Source of the DNA: Raillietiella orientalis
Taxonomy: Eukaryota
Reading direction: 5' to 3'
Assembly: GCA_036172245.1 (NCBI GenBank)
Contig: JAYWIR010000028.1
Location: forward strand, 1 to 64,000
Length of the DNA: 64,000 nucleotides
Shown: piece after piece, positions 36,933 to 49,281 of the stretch
Layout: every line of letters starts with the position of its first letter
Position numbering within the stretch: position 1 is the first letter of the stretch
Position numbers and translations under genes: made by a program
Notes under the pieces: generated by a model
Told to the model about the DNA's origin: nothing
Database searches by the model: none
What the model saw: the letters and a program-made list of their open reading frames with translations, nothing else

Positions 36933-38739
36933 TTTTGGCTTGAAAACGGGATCGCGGGAAATACGTTTGTATTGATTTGTGTGAATCCAGATGGTTTTTA
37001 ACTCTTCAAAAATGGGATCTGTACGGAGCGCTCTGTCTGAAGTCGAAGAGGAGGGCGAACTGCAGTGGACCTTTTGCGCGGTCGGAAACCGAGAACGGAA
37101 GATCTCGAAGAACGCGGCTTTCCTGAGCGGTCTGTTGCCCTACGCGATTCCGAACAGCGTGAAGCACAACGCGATCACGGGACAGTGGACCCGAACCTGA
37201 CGGACTTTCTGGAGGTCACTTCCAAAGTTATCGACATGCTTCCTGCTTACCAGGCCTTCGTTGTGGGGAGGGCTTTGCATCTTCACGATCCCTTCATGGT
37301 GACGATTGCGACCTGCGTGGAGTCGCTGATCGAGTACTCGCGCAACAGGAACCGCGTGCTTTCCCTAGAGAGATGGAAACCACGGCCTCTGGATGTGGAG
37401 CACTTTCTTCTCTATTTCAACAGGGTCTACAGATACATGTAGTTAAAGAAAGATGAAAAGAGTTCATTCGGATCCACTTGCTTCCCGAATGGAAACGGAC
37501 GGAAGGCGCACTTTCAGCTACTAGCGGTCGCCCAGGAGCTCAACAGAGGATTCCCACTATGCTGCTCTGGAACTAACAGACATGGCCTTAAAGAGGATGA
37601 ATATCACGTCATCATGCAGACGCTCATGATGATGCTGAAGAAAATCTTCCACAAGAGAAGAAGCCTGGACATGGAGTGGCGGAATTCCATACAGATTTGC
37701 CACAGAAAGCTGCTGAGGCACGTGGAGGAGCAGCGTACGTGTCCATGTGTCCACGTAGGCCAAGTAGATCAAAGACCCTATTGGTGAGAGGAAGCGCTAA
37801 GCAGAGACGGATTCGAGCTTCTAATGGATTCCGGAGATTATGAATAAACTGCATGGCAGGACCAAAATCCGTTTCGTCGTCTTTGATTTCTCCTGAAGAC
37901 GTCTTGCCGCTCGAGTACGACGGATCCGTGCTGCAGGGCACGAGGTAGGAAGCCAGCCGGTTGCTGAAAGCGGATGCCGCATGCAGTTGCCAAGTGGTGA
38001 CCTCGCATCGTTCGTTGTCCATGATTTCTCAAGCGAGACGAAGAGTAGTAAACCATGGAAGGAACCATGAACAAAAACGGAACACTAGTGATTTGGCTGC
38101 AACAGCTGCCAGTTTTCTGTCCTCCACAGCAGTTGCCCATGCGTTTCCGCCCACCGCAAAACACGTGGAGAGGATCTCTGGAAGAGGCGCCGATGCTCCC
38201 TAAGGAGATCATGTGTCCTCTAGTGCTGGAGGAGAACTGTTGACTGGGAAACGAGCAAGACGGGGCACCGACCGATAGAAGGGCCGAGCGAGCGGTCTAT
38301 ACATGGAAAGAAGTGTGACTGACAAGGGCGTTCCAGATTCATAGTAAACTCTCCGGTTGGTTAAAGGAGCGGATCCCCCCATTGCGAAGGGGACCCCTGC
38401 AAGTCGCCGCTTCTCCAGGGAATGCAAGGAAGCAAGCGAGAGCGATCCCCCTGTGTGAAGCTGCAGCGCCCCTTCTGAATTTCGGAAGAGTCCCTTTGGG
38501 TACTCTTCTGAGGAGCAAAAACCGAAGCGGTTCCCTTGCAGCATCCCTCCGCAGAAGAAATTCCTGATACGGATGCTTTCCTGGTTCCCTTCACATAATA
38601 AAACCTGGGGCGCGTCCCCTTGGGGGTCCCTCCGGGTATAAGGAGAAAGGAGATTCCCTTTAGGGTTCGCCTTCGAAGTCAACCAGGGAGGGACACCGCC
38701 GCCAACTGGGACCACTAGCCCCATACGATGTTCACAGAG

Positions 38740-39862
38740 TCGACTCACTGCTGCTGAACAACTCGAGAAGCCTGATGACTGCGTCGCAAGGCCGAGCAGG
38801 GGGATGGTTGTCCATCGAGACGACCCGGAAAAGAAAACACCAAATTAAAATCGTGGCTAGGAGCAAGGAACTCTGGGAAGACGAATCCATGCTGGTAATT
38901 CCCCGGATGCTCCCGGACCATAGAGACACGAGGGGCTGGATTCACCACCGGCCCAGAGTCACCTTGCAATGGATACAGCAATGGAAACGGGGTGGTTTCT
39001 TCCACGCTTCCTAGGTACTTCGATACATCGACATGGTTGGAAGATTTCCACAGGGGACCCGCCAAGTGTGGGAGAACCACAACAACTACGCCTGGTCCAT
39101 GATGAACAGGAAAAGTGCTCGCCATCTTCTAGCCGAAGCCGACAAGGACACCAGTGCCCTCCAAGAAGACGCCGCCAAACGCTATGGGAGCGACACTAAA
39201 CTTGCAAGCGATCGTAACCACTCTCTGGAGAGTGAACTATCACCGGACTCCCGGGATAAGTTGCTGATGTCCTGTCATGAAGCAATCCTGACCCGATCGA
39301 GGATGAAGCACCTCACAGGAAAACCAGAAGACGACAACTGCAAAGCATGTGGAGATATGGATGCAAGATTTCATGTCCTGACCTGCACCACAATACATTA
39401 CGACTGGCAGACTCTGAAAAGAGTGATAGGGCTGCAGAACAACTCGAAGATGGAAGTTCTGTTTAGGATGCTCCATGGAAACGGAAACGTCCCATGCTGC
39501 AATTCCATGGCTGGGATGACCGTTGCCCTGTTCATCAGCGCCTCATCTTCCACCTCATAAGTTGGTGAAAGATGAGGGCCTCCAGAGAAAACGTATCTTC
39601 CATGAAAGTCCTGAAAGGGATTATCCAAGAGGAGACCGGCATAACGACCTGAGGAAGAGTGCCAGGCTGGAAGAGCCGATACATCCTGGAAACGATTCAG
39701 GATCACATCCAGTAGCACCCAACGTCCAGCCCATCTTAGTGCAGAAGCTCAGTGCTGTGAAGTGAACTTCATAGGGAAAACAAAAAAGTGTTGCATTTGG
39801 AATTGAATGATTGACACTGAATTATGAATCAAACGAAAATAAATTTACCCCACCCTTGGTGA
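38740..39862 (+). mobile_element. 5'-truncated, decayed R1-family element
   Basis: KHQIKIVARSKELWEDESMLVIP and CKACGDMDARFHVLTC match R1; ends AATAAATTTACCCCACCCTTGGTGA. Confidence 0.9.
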
Positions 39863-40445
39863 TATCGGGGGAATCAAAATGTGTGACCATTATGCAACTT
39901 TTCCTCTAGGGGTAATGCAAAATTTTTGTAAGGGAGTGATTTTGAAAGGAAGAGTTGTGATTGATGATGTAATGGAAGAATGGAACAATTTGAGAATGAT
40001 ACTGATAATGTGCGCAATTTCCATATCTTCTTCCCTATCAGATTCCATCAGTTTCACACATAAAATGCAGGTCATCTTCCGAAAATGCGTGTATTTTGCT
40101 TTATTTTGCATTTTGCATTTTCTTTATTTAGTTGCATATAGCATCTATGTTTTGTGGAAAGGTTACCAGAGTGTGCATTTCGTTAATGTGGCTTGTAGAT
40201 TTAGAAGTTGATTGGATGGTGTGGTGTGGCAATCCCATGTTGCTTTTGAACAAGTTCCAGCAGTTTCTGTTTGCATGTTTCAACTTTTAGGATGCATGTT
40301 CCCCCCATTGAATGTGGGTCTCCTTTTGTGTAACGTACGATATATTTTGCATAAAATATTGGTACATAAGGTGTTGCTGTATGAATTGTTGTTTGCATGT
40401 TGCAATTGTGAAAGTTTGTCTTTGAGAAACCGTTTTGTGTTTCAG

Positions 40446-40521
40446 TCTATTGTTTCATGACGAAGATGAAGATCTCACACAGAAGGACTCTTTGCAATCT
40501 GAGAATGTTTCCGAAACCAAG
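40446..40521 (+). CDS. Candidate internal exon of an unidentified host gene or pseudogene
   Basis: tgtttcAG acceptor, LLFHDEDEDLTQKDSLQSENVSETK, AAG|GTTAG donor, within AT-rich intron-like DNA. Confidence 0.35.
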
Positions 40522-43105
40522 GTTAGCATTCTCTTATGGAAAGCAAATCGATTTGCTATAACAAGAACAGTGGTCTCATTCCAACATGATATAAGTATTC
40601 AGAACTGTAGAAGGATAATGGATTTTTCTAACATTTGCGAGTGGTGTGTATTCTGTCCGAAATTGCAGCCCGTGCAAGGATAGAGGCTGAAATTAGTCTG
40701 GCACTTGATATTCGAGAATTTGATTTCTGATGCACAATGCTTCTAATTTGAGGAGAACGTCAAGTTGAGATTTTCCTAGTTATTCCCCAATGATTCATTC
40801 GTTCGGTTTCCCCCCACAAATCAGTTGACTGCTTATTTTTCGTAGTGCTTCAGCATGTCCCGCTTTCTGCTCCTTAAGTGAATAAATGACAATCCTTGTG
40901 CCTGTTGTTTGTTGGTAGATTGGTGTTGCAGTGCATGTTGATACGTGGGATGCTTGATTTTAAAAGGTTGTTTATGCTATTTCTTATATCCGTCATGCAC
41001 ACTGTCTAGAATTTCAGAGTTTCCCATTGGTGATGCTAAAGAGATCACATGTTTGTTTAGAATTCTGGATATTTCTTGCAGTTTTTCAATCTGAAAGAAA
41101 AGCTGGGAAATGGGAGCATCATCAAATGCTGCTTTAGGGTGAAAATGCAGCAGGTTTAATAGGAGAAGGAAAATTTACACGTTCATGAGAAACTCTTGTT
41201 CAAGTTTAAAAGAAATTGCCTGAATTTGCTTGCCAGCATGAAAAGCAAAACAGCTATCGGAATGAATAATGGGCAGCATACTGAAGTTATGAGGAAAGTT
41301 GAAGAAGGTGTAAACATGGATGATTTGGGTTTTTGAAATTTTTGATTCCTGCGATCCAATATTTTGTATTTGAAAGAACCATTTGCACGTGATTTCATGT
41401 AAAGTGAAGAGTGCAGTCACAGCAGAAATCTTAATTCCAGGAATGAATTGTAAATTCCTAACAGCAGAAGTTTGTAATTTTTAGTTTTTTTTTTTTTTTT
41501 TCCACTGTGTGCCTCCAAGATCTGTGTAGCAAAAGTAGTTTCTCCATGTCTTCTCGTTTCGAGTTGGCTGCTTTCCGAATGTCTTTGTAGCTTACACACA
41601 CGTTTTAGATGAAGTAATCCAAATTTTCACTTGCATGGTTTTGTTGGGTGTGCCTCAGCATACTTAAATTGATTGAAACCACTCGTTGTTCCTTTTGACT
41701 GAAGTTGGTCTTCACATTGCCTTAATGTTTGACATGGTTTCCCATTTATCTGTGTGATAATTCATGTACTTGAACTGACATCAGGCGACTTTTGAATGCA
41801 TCTTAGTTGTTATTTCGTTTCTTGAATACTTTAAACTCACTACCATTCCATCCTTATAAACAGAATGGTTTGAACTTTGTGTAATAAACTGCACTTTCTA
41901 TACAGTTTTGTGCTTAGCTGTGCGTTGCTGTTCTGCATGTTTCATTATGGAGGGTTATTTTTGCACTTTCAAGGTGAATATGAATCATGAGTCTCTTTGT
42001 TTCAGCATAGAATTCTTACAATCATGTTGTGCATGTGTTCATTCTCAGAAAATAGGAAGTGATTTTCTTGCATCAGACAGTTTTTAACAAGGCACGGTTG
42101 TTTGAGATCACCAATGACATGGCTCCCATGTTGAAACATGCTTGCTTATGTTTCCTTATATTGGCTGCTTAAGGATAAACCAGAACTACACTCTGTATGC
42201 TTGTGATGGTCAATTACTTCATCAGAAAAACAGTTGGTTTGAATGCTGTGGAAACTTTGCGAAATATGATATCAATCTTGCAGCAATCCTTGATGATCCA
42301 TCACGGAGTATGCATTCTGAATTCATATGCATATATCTAATCACTCAGCATTCATCCGGATACTCATAGCAACTTGAAATTTGGAGTATTTGTGTTTGAA
42401 TTTGGAAAAAAAGAAACGAATACATGGCACGTAAGTCAGGTGTCTGGAGAATCTCTGGATTTTGCCATGTTTAAAGGAAAAGACTGCTTCTTTTCCTGGA
42501 ATAGTTTTATCATATGCGCTTCCTTTTTTTTTTCTTTTTGTTTTTACCATTTTGTTCAGCGGTTCCGTGTTTGATTGCTGAATGTAGCACAAGCATCTGC
42601 TGATGTGCTTCACATGCATACGCTCAGATAGCATAGCTGTGACTATTGCTCTTCGTTGTAGACTGCATGCATTTCGTTCATGGCCTCTCTAGAGTGGTAC
42701 TCCTGGATGCCGTTTTGAGTGAAATATGCCAGCATGCAGGCAGTGCAAATCAAAAATGAAGTTAAAAGTTGGAAGTCGGCAGCTGCGTTTCTTGTAGTGC
42801 GCATAGATAGCGAATGATTGTTTTACCTGAAAAATATGCAAGCTTGTATTTGTTTAGAATCAACATAACACATCAAGTGAAGATTTGATGACTTGGTGCC
42901 AAGAAATAACAAACCAATATTCTGGGATTAAAGTGACAAATATGACTACTTCCTGGAGAAACGGTATGGCTTTTTGTGCCATTCTCCATCACTTTCGACC
43001 TGATCTGATGTGAGTAGGAGTGTCTTTTCGATATTACGAATGCTTCAGTAAATCACGGCTCTGCTTGAACACTTTACAGCTTTATTTCATGTATATTTGC
43101 TTTAG

Positions 43106-43656
43106 TGATTTTGCAAACTTGCATCCTCATGATACAAAGAGGAAACGCAAAAATGCGTCGAAAGCTGCTGAATCATTAGGAATTCCCAAGGTGATGGAAG
43201 CATTGGACATGGTTCTGCTTGCAATTCCTGATAGATTAGCTGTAATGACGATTGCAAGCCTATTTTGCACTAGTGGATTAGAAATGTAGTGACTGCAGGT
43301 ACATGGGCACTGGTGATCCTGCTGTAGGCACAGGAGAGTCAAAGCAGCGAGCAGAAGATTCACCTTTCAGATTGACAAACCTTAAGGAAAATGCTGAAGT
43401 TCCTACTGAAGATGCTGGTTCATCTTCAAAGGAGGAAACAAGTGCTCCCAAAGGAATGTCGAAGAATCTGAAGAAGTTTCCTTTCAGAGCTAAAGATGAA
43501 ATCGACATGATGAAATTTAATTTCGAAAAACCACCATTAAGTTTTGAGAGTACTGATGCTGCGCAGCTGGCAGTTTCTGGAAAAAAGAGCTTAGGTACTT
43601 CCAACGAATTGATTCATACTTTGTTAACAGGGTCCACTCGAGAGGTTTCCGACAAG
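43106..43656 (+). CDS. Two candidate exons (43106-43190 and 43299-43656) of an unidentified low-complexity protein
   Basis: AG/GT boundaries and open hydrophilic frames; the phases (2 in, 0 out) do not join directly. Confidence 0.3.
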
Positions 43657-44592
43657 GTGAAATTGAGGGTACTTTTTACTTTCTGATGTGCGTTGGGTTG
43701 TTTTTCTCCACACTCACATATGCTGTTAAGGCACAACTGTTTCACAGTGTGACACTTTGTTACTTTGGCCTCAGTTACATCAGTTATACTGGGTCATCAC
43801 AAATGCAATTTGTTGTTTCCCGTGCATTATGATTTCTGTTTGACTTGGTGTTCAGTATGGTGTAGGAATGGGAAACGGCTGTCAGATTTCAAATTGTCTG
43901 CTGAGCTGCAAACCAATTTTTCGTGACTTTTGGTTGCTCTGGAAAATGTGGGATGCATGCAAAGCGTCGCCCACAACTGCTATTGCAGGTGGAATTCAAG
44001 CCAACATTGTCCAATTCGATTTACCTGTAGGTAGTCGCAAATGGGTTTCGATGCTGATCAGGGGAAGTGAAGAGGTTAATTCAACACGAGGCAACAACTT
44101 AATGATATTGGGATTGCTTGCAAACGAGATGGAATATTTTGCATGGCAAATGTCTTGAATGTATTGATATAAGCATTTGTTCGTTGCCATCAGTAGTGTG
44201 ACAAAAGTATCTGCCACAAGCTCTAATGTTCCCTCAAAAGATGAGTATTGCCTATTTCATGTGTTAGGGCAATCAACAGAAATTGTTATAAAAACTTATT
44301 GTCTTTTGAGGGGAAGGTTCCCACTCCAACGCCAATTTTTTATTCTCTAGGAATAAAATGCCCTTGGAAAATCCTCTTGAAGAACAGAAAGAGTGATAGA
44401 TGGTTTATTGATGAAACGTGTTCTAACGTTCTGGTAAGATGTTGCAATGGTGGAAATGTTTCTAATGTCTTTTTTGGACCTTCTGGATCTTAGTGCGCAA
44501 AGGAGAAAAGAAAAACTGTTGGTAAATCTGCATTGCACCGTACCGATTGTATATTATTCTTTCGAAAGAAAATAAAGCGTTACATCGTAATT

Positions 44593-44777
44593 TCAAAAGT
44601 CACTTCTTCCCAAACAGGTCAGCTGGCATAAACTTTGGTTGTAAAAGTTGTTGCCATTTCCACGACATCCACCAAATACGAATTTTTCGCATCTTTCTGA
44701 TGTGGAGTTATAGTGCCACCTTGGAAAACTTCCTCTGCATTTTCCAACCACCATCGGTTCCTTGCACCGCTCTGGAA
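44593..44777 (-). CDS. Kunitz gene copy 2, terminal exon: Kunitz/BPTI domain
   Basis: CKEPMVVGKCRGSFPRWHYNSTSERCEKFVFGGCRGNGNNFYNQSLCQLTC; same phase-1 acceptor. Confidence 0.92.
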
Positions 44778-47700
44778 CTGAGCAGAAAATGAAGCAAATG
44801 TGAAGTTGCAGTTCTCCCATTCATCTCAACCATTCGATAGCGCTAAGGGGAGAGGGGGGTGGGTGGGTGGATAAGGACGGTTGCAGGAAAGAAGGGGAAA
44901 GGGAGAGATGATCGATTTCTTCTGCGCTACTCTTCCTATCCCATCCTGTTCCTATCCACTGCTTCCAGCTAGTCCCCGGACCAGGAAGCAGGTGCTTGAG
45001 GAGGAAGTCGGACTGCCATCACTTGCAAGGGGACCGAGGAAGCGCCGGGTGGCAGCGCTTGCAACTCGGAAGGGTCATATCCTGAGGGGGAGGAGCGTGA
45101 AGGTCTTGGGATGAACGGATTTTCCTCCCTTCCTGCCTACGCGTTTGCTGACCTGGGTGAAGGATGAGCAGTGAAAAAGTTGGAACGGAAGATGGAAAGA
45201 AACGCGGATTTTGTTGAGCGCAGAGGATGCTGCCAAGCGAGCAGCGTTGAACCCCAGGCACACTTTTCATCTTCCACGTGCTCCCCTTCTGCCCGGTCTT
45301 GACGGAGAGGAGAGGGTTAGAAGGAAGAGCAGAACTGCATGAGGTTTATTTCGCGAACCTTCCTGAGGAACAGCTGCTGGCTATTTCTGCTTGGGGAATG
45401 GCGGTAGAGATGGAAGAGTCGCCTCACCTGGTGCTCACTGTCTGGATCTGAGAGCGTCCCAGGGAGTGAACACGCACTCCTCTGCAAAGTGAGAGAGAGG
45501 GATGGGATATACCGAGGAGAAGGGACGTAAAAACGAGGAGTTGGAGGCACTGGCCTACGCGTCGAGGAGAGTACTGTCTTCCAGCATTCCTTGCACTTAC
45601 GTGATGCGTTCGAAAATTGGAAACCATGTAGAATTCCCGAAGGATGCCCGAAGCCGGGTTCCGCGGTAGACGCATTCAGTGCATGACCCCTTTGCCCCTT
45701 TTCTCTTGACACTCCTACGGAGATGCCAAACACAGCGAAAGCGTACGGGCGGTTTCGCAGACAACGTACACCACCTCCGGAACGGAAGGCCAGCCCCGCA
45801 ACTTTGCTTGTAAACCTGTGTTCCTCGCTTACGGGTTCATTCCAGGGAGATGAGGCTGTTTCTCCTCCTCCATCCCCTTGGCAGCTTCCTGGCCTTGCAC
45901 GCGCAGTCATGGGATCGGGTGACCTTCCCCCTCCAGACGAGCCACGCTGCCTGGAAGTTCGACGATCCGCTTCTGTCTCGAGAACTGTCACAGACCCTGC
46001 GATCCAGACCGATGCTGCTCTGTATGGGAAATCTTCCCGGGATACGTCAGCTGGGCACGCGGAAGCGACCTTTCCAGGGAAGCGCCGGCTGTCCACCTTT
46101 TTACCGAACACAGCTGCCTAGGAGACGTGGATCCACGCAAGTCAAGACGGATGGACGGATGCTCTCCTGTTGAGCAGTTTCTCCCTCGTGTAGTTTCCGG
46201 CGCCCGAGCGGAAAATCTTACGCTCCACCTTCTGCTCCACGTAGGGAGTCTCGCATGGAGAGTCGTTCCGTGGACGCGCACGCGGTGCGAAAGAGGCAAG
46301 GAGGAAACGCCGATTGGTGGGAGAAGACCGTTAGAAAGTCCGCTTCGTTGCGGCTTCCTCTCCCGCAAGCAAGAAGAGCCCCCTTCGGCGGACAAAACAA
46401 GGGGCAATCGATGGAAGGAGGAGGGAGAGCATGGCGTTTCTCTCGGGATTCCGTTGAAAGCTCAGACGTTCTCTTCCCGAATAAGCGGCGATGCCATGGT
46501 GCGGCAGTGGGAGCGATGTCGACTACACCGAAGCATCGCCCACTCTTCACCTCCGGGAATCTTCGACCTTCCGCCATCAACCTCGGATCGCAATAGCGTA
46601 CCATGGGAGCCGTTGGAAGAACAGATGGCAACGTAGGGAGGCAACCCTGCGCGGAGCGGCACGTGCGGCGGCGTCTCTCCTTCTAGCCTTGAACCATGCC
46701 TTAGGCAACGCGAGTGGTGAGGTCTTTCGAGAAGCCGCCCTTTTCGCTAGGCTAAGAATGCCTCCTTACCTCGCGTGGCGTTGGATCACACGCCTCACCC
46801 GTTGGGAGTCACGCGCGCCCTTTCCGAGACTGGCGACGGGGGGGGAAACGGGAGGTTCGGTAGCGGGAAGCGGACGTCGCGAGCAGAAAGTCACAGGACG
46901 GGGGTCCACGAAGGTGGCACGCGGGCACTGTGGTGAGCGAGGACCGCGATCATTAGGAGAACTGCAGCGTTGTTGTAGACGACGCTTGTTCAAGGACGCC
47001 CTGCGGAAGTGGTGGTGATGGCGAGAAAGAACACCAAGACCATCTAGCCTTAGAGGCTGCTCTGGAAAGACGGTCTGGATGCTGATGTTTCCTTCGAATC
47101 CTGGCATCCACCATCCTGCATTTTTGGAAGACCTCTTCCGAAAGAAATTGGGAAGGGAAGCGAGATTTTCTGGCTGATCGATGCGCACGAGCTGAGATCC
47201 CGCATCGGGGATGGGGGACGAGTGCCATAAGTCTGAGCTCAAGGCGGCTGCAGACTCGTCATTGGAAGTGCCGTTCCAGCGGGCGATAAATCAGATCATG
47301 GTTCTCCGCAGAATCGAAATGGGCGTTGGAAGAGGCCACTCGCATCGGCAGCGTTGGTTCGGAGCCGGATGGGTGTTCGGGTTTGGACCTCCTCACTCCA
47401 TAGAATCACAGTTTGCTATGGGGATGGTTGTGCCTCTTTCCCTTGCGAGGCCTCCGGGCACTCGGAAAAGGACGAACCTCGGTCAGAACTTAAAATAGAG
47501 AGGCGGGGGTAAAACACGTGCCCGTTGTTGCCCCTCCAGGTAGCCGTTTCGGAAGGGCAAATGGTGCGTGTGGCTGTCGGCGAAGAACTTCGCTGCCGTC
47601 CGGGGCACCGTTCGACAAGCCGAGAATGCACGGTGCTCCTGCCAAGGGCTTCGTTGCACAGCGCTCATCACTTTGACGCGAAACTCGCCGGACCCTTCCG

Positions 47701-49094
47701 CAAGCCCCGCGATCGCCTACGGGCCAGGAAACGAATCACGGGACCCGTCACCGTCTCCTCCTCGAAGTTCAGGAAGATTCAGGAATTTGCCCGAAAGGAA
47801 CCAGCAGCCGGAAAGGGGCGGCGAGTGCGAGGCGCGCAGCAGGCCGCCCACGCATGCTGGTGCCGTGAGCATGTCGCTGCGATCGTGCACTCGATGGGAT
47901 GGGGCTGCATTGGGATTTGGAGCATCCGATGTCCCCGGGTCAACCAAAGCGCAGCCGTAAGGATGGCGCGGCGAGATGAGGCAAGGGGGTTCCTTGACCT
48001 CACTTCCTGTGCTTGGATGCTGCGTAGAGAAATTTCTTCGGACGCTGGATGGAGCCGGGTTCGAAGAGGACGCGGACTTTTCTCCGCCCACTCAATTTCG
48101 TTTTGTAAAGCGAATTTCGCCGCTGGAGAGAACGATACCGAAGACAACAACCTCATGTGAATTTCCCGATCCTCGAGTGCTCATATCCGCACGAGTGCGT
48201 CCTGCTCTCGCCGTCGAAGGGTCAAACAGGAGATGCATCAAAAATGCATCTCTGTGTGTGACTGGATTGAATCCAACACTCCCGAATCTCCGTCTGTGAG
48301 ATTCACGCCTTGAGATGTCTAGCGTGGTGCAAGTATAGTTGCTGATCTGTTTCGTGGTTGAGCACCAGGACGAGAGCCACGTGGCACGCTCGATGAAAAC
48401 AAGTCCGAATGCCTTTTGATGGGCTCGCTTGCAACAAGAGCAAAAGAGGAAAACATTCGCAGCAGCATTCCGTGATGTTTGACTGAACGTTCCCTTCTGC
48501 GGAAAGGAGCTCCTGGGAACGCGTGGACGGCGGCAGAGAACCGGTCACACAAGAAGCACACGCACATGGGAGGAGCAGACTGGCACCGCTTTCAGAAACA
48601 CCAAACGAAGGAGGAGCCGTTTGTTCGTACTGCCTCCATGCTGCGGTCATCGCGCTTTCCAACACTGAACACGTGAATGCGAGTGGAACCGTTGTGGTGT
48701 TCATTCAGGAACTCGTGGAAATGACAGGAAGGAATCCCGTTGGAGTGAAAGCAGCATCGTAATGCCTCCCAGCGCAAATCTTCCTGGCCGTGTTGCCGGA
48801 GGACAAGGAAGAATTGAAGGGAAACTGGTCGCTCAAATGTCTCTGAGCCGAGTACGCTGCCAGCTCTCCTCGCAGTTGTTTCCATGGCTACAGCAGCATC
48901 AACTCTTTTCGAACGTTAGGTGGATGGAAGATATTCTGACCGAGGGTTGAAAGAAGGGAGGAGATACTATCAAGGTGCAGAGGTCAAAGTCATCCAGCCT
49001 TATGAGGGTCGCGCTTACAGGGCATATTAGTTGCGAATTCGCACGTTTATTTCATCGTGGCAAGATTTTACGAGGAAAGGAGCTTAACAGTTAC

Positions 49095-49281
49095 CTGGAT
49101 ATGGTCCGTCACTTTTGTACTGTGCTTCTTGTTCTCTGATTTCGTTAGATCGGTCATCCTGCGAAGTTGTCTTTGGATCACCGATGAAAGTGCGACGGTT
49201 ACCTCTGTGATAGCATGAAAATTCCGAAATGATAGAAACAAACACAATCAGAAGAGGAGAAATTGCCTGGAGGTACGCCAT
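49095..49281 (-). CDS. Kunitz gene copy 2, first coding exon (signal peptide plus spacer)
   Basis: One residue differs from 20544-20730 (A39T); phase-1 donor; 4,317-bp intron to 44777. Confidence 0.7.
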
